Source: Lytechinus pictus
Lineage: Eukaryota
Direction of reading: 5' to 3'
DNA length: 64,000 bases
NCBI RefSeq assembly: GCF_037042905.1
Contig: NC_087245.1
Location: 40,612,001 to 40,676,000, forward strand
The translations under genes and the position numbers were made by a program. This document shows positions 40,181-52,400 of the stretch, piece after piece (the stretch's first letter is position 1; the number at the start of each line of letters is the position of its first letter). The notes beneath the pieces were generated by a model. The model worked only from the letters and a program-made list of their open reading frames with translations, was not told the origin of the DNA and searched no databases.

Positions 40181-43085
40181 CTGTCTTGCGTTTGTTCTCC
40201 AGCTGCTTCTTATTCATTTTCATCTTCTTAATCTTCCATTTCTTCTTATTCTCATCCTTCTCAAGAGAGTTTGTGTGATTTTAGCTAAGTCTTAAAGCCA
40301 GAAAACGCATTCAAATGAATTTACTCGCCATCCAAAGGTTGAGCTATCATGTTGTCGAGCCATTCGTCTCATGTTTTAAACGATGACATAGTAATAAATC
40401 ATGGCCCCCGCAGTAGATAAACACAACCTAGATTTCTAAGAACCGTGACAAACTTGAGGAGGATCTTAAATCTAAGATATGTACTTCATAAATTTAAAGG
40501 TAAATACGTGAATATTGTTTGATCTTTCAGGAGGCTCGAAAACATAATGCTGTGTGATCCATCATTCAGCGATGACAATTGACTATAGTTTAAGCACACT
40601 GAATCAATATGTTCCGGGACTTCTAATTTAAGGGTAAGATTGATTCAATAATAAAGTTTGACATCTTCAACTATTGGTCTTCGTGAGGAAGAGTCGAAAA
40701 CTTCAAAATTTACATCCTTTTTGTCACTAACAAAGATGATTTTGTAATATCATGATATGTGATATGATAAGCAAAAGGGAAAATCCTCATTATAAATCAC
40801 TGGTGAATTTTTGTGAAAAAAAATGTTCATGTAAGTACGAACAGATCTCGTCTTTCTGCAAGGCACTCCGTATTGATATGATAGAATATCACAATGACCC
40901 TTCAAATCCTACGGACTACCCGGATCATTTGTTCAAGTGATATTTATCAAAACCTGGGCTCATCCACCATCTTCTTAAATATTCCTCATTTCCATTCTGT
41001 TCTCAGTACACATTTTCCAGCGACGTCAACATGAAGTCCCGAAAAAAATCCCTAAATCGTGCAAAGGCTCTAGAGTCACAACATTTGTGATCGTTCTTCC
41101 TCGTCATATTTCACCGATGGGGAATTTGTGATAAGAATCGCAGTTGGCATCTCTCGACCACTAAATGATTTAACATGGGTGAAAACATGAGGACGGGATA
41201 CTTAAATGTTACTTGACGCAAAGCCAGTGACGCGTTCCTAGGAAGCATCGGATGCGGAGGCATCACCGGCGAACGAACATTCTGATGCACGTCAAAAGCA
41301 ATCAAATATCAATTACATAGGTGCAATGATTACATTGCTGTGGTCGCAGCATGACGCATAAAGTTGACTTAAACACCTCTTAAACTTGACTTAACTACCA
41401 CCTCCTCTGTGCGCACTTTATGCTTTCACTGTCAACAGGAGGTCAACTTGATAAAGAACTCTTGATACAGCAACAGCAAAGTGGCGCTCTAAAGGCTTCC
41501 TAACCGACTGTTTTAGCATTTTAGGGGAGCAAGAAATAGAGAGAAAGAGAGAGATCCCGTTTAAGCCTTGACCAGCAATGTTACCATTGCAATTTTAAAA
41601 GATTTAAAATGAATGAATGTATGCAAAATTAATATTCGTAAAAATATTGTTTTTCATCCTATATCTTAAGCTCAGGGCTCTGTACGGTCTCTTGAATGCG
41701 CCTAAAACCCAACACCAGTATACGCTGATCGCTGAAAAGGGGGATGTATGTTTATACAGGCCCCGATAAAGGTAAAATGACCACGTGTTTGCTCTAGGTT
41801 ACCATGGCCCCATGTACACAGTGACGTCACCATTCATTCACTCTTTCCAGAAAAAAACTCCGAAAAACAGAACAGAACTCCGAGTATTTAGATCCAACAA
41901 CCCTGAGGTTGACAAATAAGATATGTTATATTGGATAGAATAGAAAGGAAGGTACAACATGTGTAGTGCCGTTTAAGAGGTGTTTACACGACGTGGCGGA
42001 TTTGCACCCGAGATTCGAACAACAAAGGGATTCGTGTGTGGAAATAATATCGAGATAATGTGATTTCTTTATCATTTTGGGACGTTTTCCCTCGCTTTTG
42101 ATTAGGATTGCTTAATCCCTCTAAGGTCGAGAAACCTACAATGCGTATCCCGAAGACACTCTGGAAGATTATCTAACGCCGATGCCGATTTGAAGTGGAA
42201 TATGACAGACAGTGCTTGATTTCTTACATTTGATGACAAAACCATGGTCTTCCTTCCCTCTTTAACATGCTAAAGAAGGGTTTCATAAGTTGATAGAGGA
42301 TTGTAACCGAAATCGCAAGAATGTTGCAAAGGATGCAGGGATTTAGATGCCTTAGGTGCCAGTCGGAGGCTTCATGTTGATTGCGCGCACAGAAATCGCC
42401 ATGATGGAACTCTAAATTAGGAGGCTCTTGGTATGTAACTTTAATGAAAGTTAAATGCAAAGATGACTGATGAATGAAGCGATTTAAAATTTAGAGGGCT
42501 TCAAGAAATGAAATTTTCTTTTTTTAGCAATTTTTTTAAAATCAAAAGAACCAAAACAGTTATCAACATTCGGACTGTCTATTCTTAATAATAAGTATAA
42601 ATCCGTACCGCTTCCTCCTCATTTTAGGCTGAGTTTTGTTTTTTATTGGTTTGAAGACCCCAAAATGTTAATCGCCTCACCACGATCGAAAACATTTTTT
42701 AATGAATCAACGCAAATGGACACCAATGATTGTTGACACAACTTTGAAACATGGGACCAAACAAAACAGATCTATTCCTTTACCAGTACAAGGGATCTCT
42801 CTCTCTAAGTTCCATGCAATATTTTCTGGAATAGTGAGTTAAGAAAAATTTCAAAGAATGTCCTTTGGAAACCATCTCTGCTACGGAAACCCAAAGTTCT
42901 TATTAATCCCGACAATTCACAAATTCAATAATACCACTTGGTGGATTTTTACCCTTTTTGCAGGTGGGGGAGGGGCTTCTTCATTCTTTTCATCCAACTG
43001 AATTTCGTGTTACATGCATTTACAGGGCCTGCTGACCATACGACGTCTTCCAGGGCGGAACAGCATAAATGGGTTGCAGCAAGGC

Positions 43086-43099
43086 GTTGCCATGGAAAC
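43086..43099. promoter_or_regulatory. Consensus RFX X-box
   Basis: GTTGCCATGGAAAC, in a CpG-rich patch of intron 2. Confidence 0.5.
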
Positions 43100-45168
43100 A
43101 AAAATGGATATATCGGCGGGCAATATCGAGTATGACCAAACATGAGCACGCGATCGCGGGCGAAACGTGACCGGGAAGAATTATAGTGGAATGTAATAAT
43201 GTCAAATGGAATTGCTGGCATTCAATACTTCTATTTTCGTAGCAACGTGTCTTTAGAAGAAACGACAAAACCAGGTATCGCATTTTGTACACAAAAAAAT
43301 GAAAGCCTGATGGGCGATATTCTTTTTTGTTAAGCTGTGGCAAGATCGTTTTTCCTAACTCCACCGTTGTCCACACAATCTAACTTTTCTATTCAAATCT
43401 TTCACAGGAATCATCATGACATTTATGGGGCCTTTTGAAATGATGTAATATTTCTGAGTGTATTGTCAAACAAACGAAATTCACCATGTTCATGTAAAGC
43501 TACTATATTTCAAACACCATTTAAAGGGCCCTGCGTGTTCATATCAGCACTGATTTTTTGTAATCGACTACACAATCAGAAAGAGAGTGAAATTCATCAT
43601 GCTCATTCAGCATATTATACAAATCCAGTAATTCAAATTAAAAAGCTGAAAATTAATATTCCATCACTCATTATCATCACCAAAATACCATCATAAGCTG
43701 ACCCAATTCCATCATTCTGAAAAGGGTGTCGTCGTGTTGGCTTTTTGCGACGGGTCGAGTTTTTAATTATTATCAATCGCTTCTCACAAGCTCGTGTATA
43801 TTTAATTGGCGAGATCTGTCTTTTTTCTACAATTCTATTTCCATACTTTTTCAAATAATATCACCAGCAGCAGACATGTTTGAACTTCATATTGTCGTTG
43901 TACAATAATGCGAAGGTCTACGCTCCCAATAGCGTCATGATCCCACAGTTGACAATGGAACGAGGACATATTTATTAGTCGGAAAATGCTCACCATGCAA
44001 AGTGATATTGGGCAAAAATGAAATTGATTTTAAATGGTTTTATTATTATGCAGGAGTAGTTAGAATACGACGATGATATGGTTATATCAAAATGGCGGCT
44101 CAGTGAATCAACTGGACGATATTAAAGCATTCAGACGCCTGCATCAACATTTTCTTCTTCAGGGTTATTTTGAACACTGTACATGGTTTTTCCATCACAC
44201 CATTAAGTGTTTTAAAATAGTAAAATTTATTAATGGTAAATGAAATATCGCAATCACAGCGACAGAATTTGGTGCTTTCATAATTTTGTTTTTAGCCATC
44301 TGAAAATTCACTGCATTCACTGCAGTAAAATCGTCGTACAGTCGAAAAGGTCCAGATATGATTGAGTATTCTTAACAAGCAATGAAATTATTCTAACACA
44401 GTAATTTCATCGATTCGTCAATAAGACGAAGTACATTGATTCAAATTAGCACTTGGATTAAAGTACGCCACTAATCGGGAACCCAAATTATGAATTCCAA
44501 CGCTATGCCACGCTATATGGGTGAATATGTGGTCAATTGATTTGACTCAATCCTTCTTATAAAATAGTATTGATTATATTATCAGAGCTTTGATTTTCAG
44601 TGTATTGCATTTGCTTATTTTTCCAATAAACCATGCATTTCCCACGGTTTTCTCTTCAGTAAATCAGATTCATTTACAAATACAGTGTTATTCTATTGTG
44701 TCTTTTATTAGGCATTTTATGATGCCTAACTTTATATCTTTATCAACAATCAACCTGGGGAAATCTGTTTTGTACATATGTGGAAGTTTGTGTGAGTGAG
44801 AGGGTGGATCGGGCTTTGTTCTAGGGCTCTCGCACTGTACCAATTTCGGAATAATGAAATAGAAAGAAAAGGCATGGTTATAATATGCCCTTAAAGGCAA
44901 ACTTAATTCGTAAGGGACCTACGGCGAAAGCAAAATTATTCATATAAGCCTCATCATAATGTTGCAAGGTTTGAATGAGGTGGGAGGTTGATAATATGGG
45001 GTTGGTGATGCAATCTGATAGACATGGGCAGTGGCATACTTGACAAACATCGACAGGAAGGGCAGAAATGACAAGCAAAAGAAAGTCATCAATATTATGT
45101 CAGGGTTCTCTCTGCCCCCCTTCCCCTCCGGATCCGATACGCTAGTGATGAGGGGGGGTGCTTCTTAC

Positions 45169-45301
45169 CTCCATTTGTGGTGGGGTTATTCCTGGGCTTA
45201 GCTCCAAGGAAGGCCAGATTGACGTTTGCTTTCCTGCCATCGATGATGGGGTTGGCTTCTTTCGTCGCTGATTCTGCTTCCCTCTGCTCTGCCATGGTAA
45301 C
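45169..45301 (-). CDS. RBM24: RBM24/RBM38-family protein, coding exon 2 (C-terminal part of the RRM)
   Basis: Pyrimidine-rich acceptor ending ...gttgcctag|GTT ACC ATG. Translates [44 protein letters not shown], which includes the family signature [21 protein letters not shown]. It is in frame with exon 1 (GYGF|VTM), 133 nt long, and ends at a phase-1 donor GAG|GTAAGA. Confidence 0.96.
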
Positions 45302-47615
45302 CTAGGCAACGCGAGGCAGAAGAAAAGGGGGAAAAAGAGATAAATATAGTTACTTTGCTTTGTTGAATTACATTATTTGATTTAACCTGAGGGTATGATG
45401 ATTAACGGCGGCAGAGCTAGGAACACAACCACATTATGATGACGTTGCTCCACTGCACGTCGTTCATATTGATCATTTTGATTTGAATTTTGTGACAAGG
45501 AACTCAGTGGGAAACCATGTTTAATGGAAATATTGCAATACCGAATTCAAGACATTGAATTAAAAATGATCCACGTGACACCTACCGCTATTCTAGTCAT
45601 GGCATCTATTGGCTGTTACGTGAGCAAAGTCATCATTTTTATTCTCAAAAGAGAGGGAGGGGAAAAAAAACACCCACACAACACACCTCTGCTATATTTC
45701 AAACTGTACTTCGACGTACATCCAGTCAAAAAGCACGAGGACATTACCCGTGCATCTTTGACTTTTCGTGTTAAAAGAGCGACATTCGAGAAGGGATTTA
45801 TTTTTGTTTGTCCCGGTGAAGACACCGTACCATATGACAACCAGACTCCAGTGGTTTAACAGGTGCCTCTGATGAGTAATGGATGAGACTTAAATAATGT
45901 TATGATCCTCCTATCCACGACCGTCTTTTGATATGTTTCTGGAATACATTGTAAAAGTGGGGTAACAAGTCAGATACACAATGCCGGATTTGATTTATGA
46001 TGGTGTAAATACATCATATACAGCAATGGAAGAATGCTGAATCTATTTGAAAAACTATATTGGAAGAATTAGAATGAAGAAAATTCTAAAGGTATGAGAA
46101 CATGTTGCAAGTATACAGTACAAAATATGCACAATTTCTTGTAATTTATTTTCGACCATTCTGAAATAAACCTCAAATTATTTGAGGAAAGAGGTACCGT
46201 ACACTGTCATTTTATTCAAAGTCGAAATCATAAGGAGATATATCACTGTTCATTCGGCCAATGTTGGTAGAAAATATTTGAGACGGGAATAAGCTTGTTC
46301 CATTGACTTTAAACAATGATAGTATCAGAACACATTTATTCCGTTACCACTTAAGCTTATTGGGAATACTGTCAGGAGATTAAGTGGACTTAGGTAAAAG
46401 CAGGGGTAAAAAAAAATCCTTGGGGAAGAATGAAATGTAAAATGATCGAAAACGTGAGGGAGCGAAGAGACCAAGCTAATTTCTTTAATGCATTATTCGC
46501 AGTTTTTCCCCCGATATGGGAAACATTGATAAGTTACTATTATTACGCATTTTTTCGTCTTCTACTGCCACTTACGCACATGATGGTTCAATTTTTATGA
46601 GACGCTTTTACTATCTTTGTCTTTATGATATACACGCCCAATTGGGTGTGTCCAAAGAGCGGTGCATTAATCCAATGATAAATGAGTTTGTTGATAACCT
46701 TAAACCCCATTTCCCAAAACAGAGAATGAACGATAGATGGATTCATCGGGTACTTCCAAAGAAAGAAATTCCACCCATCACCCCCAATTTTCCCAATGTA
46801 CATGTTTTCCTTAAAATGACTCTGCTCAAACTCAAGTGAGCACATGTGAGATTTAAAAAAAACCACCAAAATAACATCAGTTTGACATCGCTGAAAATCA
46901 TTGGAGTTGGCAATGGCCGGCTGATGCCTATATACATAAAATAGAATAAACTTGGATGGAGTCAGAGTGTGAGAGGAAAGAGAGGGGTGAAAGGGAGGAG
47001 AAAAGTAGAGAAAGAGAGAGAAAGAAAAGGGAAAGATAAAGATAAAGAAAGTTCAGTAACCATCCAAAATAACATGACACTTTTGATCTCGTAGTTCCAC
47101 CCATGACAAATCACTCCATCCTCACGAGTTGAAGTTCCTATCTGTTGAATAAGAATCTGTCAAAATAGCTTTGATAGCCAATATTCTTTTCTTAAAGCTT
47201 AAGAACCTTCTGCATTATGGATATGTTTTGCAAGTATCTATATAGTAAAATGAAAGAGTTTCAATTGGAAAAAAATATCTACATCACTGTTACATCACTG
47301 ATTCGTCACACTTCTTTTTCCCGAATATACATTAGTTATCTTAGTCCTTTTGTTTCCTTGCCACCAAAAACGAGTTAATATATACTGACGTCACGAAAGT
47401 AATTATTCGCTTTCGTATGGACTATAAAATCTATGGATTTGGCTTTGTATACAATATTTGAGGTTTCAGATATCAAATATTACCACCATCGTCAAGAGGA
47501 AAAGTGTGACAAGTACTAGATTGGAAGATAATATCTCAGAATTCTAAGGTATAGATCTATATTCATATAGGATCGTAGCCAATAGCTGTTGTAAACATCG
47601 GTGAATATATGTACA

Positions 47616-47849
47616 CACCGTTAAAAACCATTTAAGCAACGCTGTTTACTATGAGAATCGCACAGTAGTTGTTTAAACAGTTTAAACAGGTGTTTAAAAT
47701 CTTAAACAACCATGCTTGAATTGATAATGATATATTTAAATTTAAACTTTGTTGTTTAAGATTTTTTTAACACTTGTTTGAAAGGTTTAAACAACTACTG
47801 TGCGATTAACAAATAGCAAACAGCGTTGTTTAAATTATCTTTAACAGTG
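47616..47849. mobile_element. Palindromic CAC...GTG MITE
   Basis: CACCGTTAAA ... TTTAACAGTG ends. The inverted arms AATCGCACAGTAGTTGTTTAAAC / GTTTAAACAACTACTGTGCGATT are exact, and there are many TTTAAAC subrepeats. Confidence 0.8.
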
Positions 47850-49131
47850 TCAGTCTGTAAAGACCTTAGTGAACGCAAGGAGCTTCCTTGGTGAACGTGA
47901 GTATCGAAAACAGGATTGCATAACGGGACGAGAGACAAAGTTACACCACCCAATGATAAAAAAATACTTTTCAAGAAACTGAAAATTGGAAAGTGGGTGT
48001 CTCGGTACATGTATCTTGTAGCCCACGGCTTGCAATGGTCACTAAAATTCAATATATTTTGAATGGTTTTTAAATTTGATGAAAGGGAAGAGATGATATT
48101 CCATCGAAGAAAGTCTGGGGGAAAATTGAATTCCCCCTGCCCGAGGCATTTTCCTGGATATATTCATCAGACTGTCGGCTGGTCGGTTGAATTCGTCACC
48201 CAGTATAGCCAAGTCTCGACTTTATTCTTTCCCGTCTATAATTACTTTCTTTCATGACGGGTAAACATATATCAAGTATATTCATATCTTCTGTTAAGTT
48301 GCGAGGAATCCCACTGACAAAAATATGATGCTATTGTAAGATTGGAAAATATATTAAAAAAAAACACAATTGAACTAAGCCGAAGTGTATAACGTCATAT
48401 TAAATGAAAGCTCAGCAATAACTAATGGAGTAAAGAAAAAACCCTCAAAATCTCATATTTTACATTCCACATTGTAATTTCGTTATTGTGCTAGTATAGT
48501 TCCATGATTATTATGTTATTTCTAATTTCGTTCTAATGAAAATTGTGATAATAAATGATTTTTTTTACCATATTACAATTGTGAATACAAGATTACTATT
48601 TTGAATGTCTTGTACGCCGTATAGAAAAGATATGGACGCATTGTTTGGAATACCCCCCCCCCTCCTTCATCTCCTTATGAATGAACGCGGTAACAAAAGA
48701 AAAATATTGTAGTTTCATTCACAAAGCAGGCCCCGTTCCTGTATTCAAGGAAATTCATATCCCTTTTTTCTTTGCAAATTGATGCTAATGAGGCAGAATA
48801 ATTAGCCGGCCCGTGACAGATGCCACTTAATGTATGGTTCAATTTACCCTTTATTATACCCCAGTACTCGGGGTATAATAATTAGAGTAAGCAGCGTATA
48901 GTATTTCTGAAAGACCCCCTCGTTTTGTGAGCAAGGTGGACATAAGTCTAAATGGGGCTGGTAAAGGAAAGAGTTAAGGAAAAAATAATCTGGTACTGTG
49001 ATAGGTAAGAAAAGACCCGTGGACGATTGGACAACCAATTTGAAAGCAATCATCTGCGGATGCTGGAGGGTTGAGACAATCAACCTATAACGAGCTCCTC
49101 CAGTTTACTGCAATTACTTGGATGATACCTG

Positions 49132-49402
49132 GACCCCGTCTTACAAAGAGTTATGATTGATCCAATCGATCTCTGGTATATGGAAATCCATCAATGTCAT
49201 AATTTTTTTTCTTTAGGAAATTTGCTCAATGTCCTTTGAAAACAAAGAGAGCCATACTGAATTGTCAAGAAAACAGTGAATGTATGAACATACTTCATTT
49301 CTAGAAAATATTTTGAACAAACCTGTTTTTTTATGTTGACGTTGCTGGCTTTCCATAGTTGAGATCAATCGGATCAATCGCAACTCTTTGTAAGACGGGC
49401 CC
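49132..49402. mobile_element. PIF/Harbinger-like MITE with ~42-bp TIRs and CTG target-site duplication
   Basis: GACCCCGTCTTACAAAGAGTTATGATTGATCCAATCGATCTC at the left, and its near reverse complement at 49361-49402. CTG lies on both sides (49129-49131 and 49403-49405). Confidence 0.8.
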
Positions 49403-52400
49403 CTGGGATATATATAAGTAAGTCTTCTGAATCACACCCCCCCCCCCCCCACCCTTTATGCGTCCTTTATTGTAGCTAATTCAAGTCAGTAATCGACCGC
49501 GGAAATGATTTGGATAACCATCCGATCTTTTATATTTTCTCTTAATGCCCCAATTTATGGTATGCATATTGCCGGCATACAACAAATGTGAATATTGCCC
49601 CGTTGGAGTACGTGGCTAGATATCATATCCCATCGAGCAAGCCTTTTCACTAGCCTCTAATTCAGCCTCCGAATAATTTCATTACCTCTTTGTCGTGTAC
49701 TCTCATAGTCATATTGGCGCCTTTTACCACTTGGAGTTGTTTAGCAAAACTAAGAGGGTCCATACATTCATGTTTATATTGTCTTTTTTCAAACTTGCAA
49801 TGTTATCTGCCTTTACATGAACATTCTGAATTCTGGAAAATAAGTTCTTAAAAAATGCAACGGATGGAACGGTTAGCATGGTTGGTGCTTCTGTCAAATT
49901 GCCTAAATTGTAATGGCTCGGATAATTGGTTCAAAGCCACAAACGATGCATAGTTATACGTGATGTGAATGGCATAACGTTGGTATCGGAATTTTTCTGA
50001 TAACCCGAATTAGTTTGGCGGGAAATGGACATTACACATGTATACCATTTTTTGTGTGTGTTTCGATGAATAAACGATGAGGAAAAAATGAGGGATGAAT
50101 CATTTTCCTATCATAGCTCGAATGAGGATTTATGAGATATGGCGATAATTCCCAACGAAACAATAATGGATCCTAACGGGGCAGACCACCTTTTCGTAAC
50201 ATCGCCAGAATTCATAACAAGCTTTGATAATTTATAGTGGGAGAGGGCATGGATTGAACAGATGTATAGCATGGAGTCAGAGTATGTAAAGGAAACAAAA
50301 ATATGCAGACACCGTTTCGCCTGAACCCCAAGAGAAAGGGTAACAAATACCCTCACAAAATATTGGTTTATCAGAATGTGCACACCTATTACGTGCAGGT
50401 GCCACGTCCCAGAGTGAGCAGGTCAACATTATCATATCAATAAAAATGATTGAATAAAAAAATCGTAAATCATGATCCCCAATGTTCAATACAGTGCTAC
50501 ACTTTGACAATAATTCATCTCATAATTGTTATTGACTCTCGGTCTGCAGCTGGAGTTTATCGTGCTATTGATTCAATGGACTTTGAAATTGCCTTGAATG
50601 TACTCTAAATTTAGTATGCAGATAAAACAGAGAGGGGTATATTAGTACAAAATTTCCGTAAAAGAAAGGTAGTCATCAAGAGACTGATCAACGCGCGTAG
50701 AAGATCGTGTTTGCACTACTCGTGGGTATGTACGGATGCTGCAATCATCTTTCGTCCCTTCGGAACTATTATCTCCTTCGTAAAAAAAAATGAATGGACA
50801 TTCTTATCAGAGAAGACAAATATTCTGATAAGGAGTCTTGTAGTTGTGATAACGTGCGGGATAAATAGCATGAGTGACATAATTGTTAGAGTGGCCAGCG
50901 AGCTATATGCAGAAACTGTATCGCTTGTCGAACTACTACCATCATGGCGTGTTTTCTTGCAGAAGCACTTGAGGAATTGACATTATCAAAAACGTTTAGC
51001 ATGACGGTATAACATGAAGATACTGCCACTTATTTGAACAATGAGGGTAGGAAAGATAAGGTTCGAATCTCTGAAAGAAATAGTTGACAAAGATTTCAAT
51101 ATACTGCATTTTTAAACATAGTGTGCATCAATCCTGAACTTGATTACAGCTTAAACTGAACCATGTTGTGGAAGCGTTTACATTCACTCCTTCATAAAGC
51201 ATGGATTTTTATTAATAAAACCGAATGTTTATCCGGGAGTGTATATCATATACTCCTTACAGATAACATCAGATTTTTCTTTTTTATGCAATCCGAATTC
51301 AAAATCGACTAGATAGATATAAATCACCCAAGCAGAATGAGTACAAATCTACATTAATAGACTAGAGGTAGTTATAGAGGGATTACATCCGGGACCTCGC
51401 AGAAGGCCTATACTAATCTAACCCTGATGTGAACGTCTTCTGCCCTTGAATTGTCTGAAACATACTTTGAACTCCTCCTCCGTAATGCATAATATCTCAA
51501 AGTGATAATGGGGCATATAAAGAAAGAATGGCATGATATTGAATTTTCGAAAATTGTATAACTGGATAATTTCATTGTATTGCGATAATCGGTTATAACT
51601 TAGTAAACATCGTAGGCCCATAGGTTTTCTGAAATGTCCAGCTAAGACTTGTGTTTGAGATGATTTTGAGATGCATCCTTCTATAATTATTTACAGGTGT
51701 ATAAATGAATATATCATAAACAAGCCATTTTTATTGATTATTCATTCATTTTGGACTGACTGGATTCATGTTTGAAAATCACCCCCCCCCCCCCACTTCC
51801 CCCTAATAAAGAATACTTGAATGAATAAATAAACACAAAATAAAAATGCACTTTTATTCAAAAGCGAAAATACAAAAATATTACGATCCCAAAGTAACTA
51901 GAATTTTGGTTTACTAATTAGATATGGACAGACAATAACGCCCCAAGGCCCGAGGAAATAGTTGAATAACCCAATCCAAAGCGGATTACTGATCCCATAT
52001 ATATACCTAGCAAAAATATTTCGCCCTGGATATACGTACAAATAGGAGAGTAAATTATTTCTCCTGGGGAACGGGATACCCGTGTGATGACTTTAGAATG
52101 GCTGATTGCGCTTTCATTCTGGGGTTGGAATTAATTGGCGTTGGGCGAGAGAGTCGGAGCGGATCTGGAATTATTTTGTTTGCATCAATTTCATAAATCG
52201 CGATGTAATTGAACCCAGTTGAGTATGAAGCTAAGAGAGATATGAGGGAGAGAGAGGGGGAAGAGGGAGTGGAAGAAGGAGAGAGGGAGAGACAGAGGGG
52301 AGGGGAGGGGTGGTTAAAAGTGAGTTGTTGGAGGGAGAGTGTAAGAGAAAGATAATATAAAACACAATGAAGAAGAATAATAAAGGGGAGAAAGAGAAGA

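Noticed and set aside
43188..43197. TGGAATGTAA resembling the miR-1 5' end
   Set aside because: The match stops after 10 nt and there is no hairpin.
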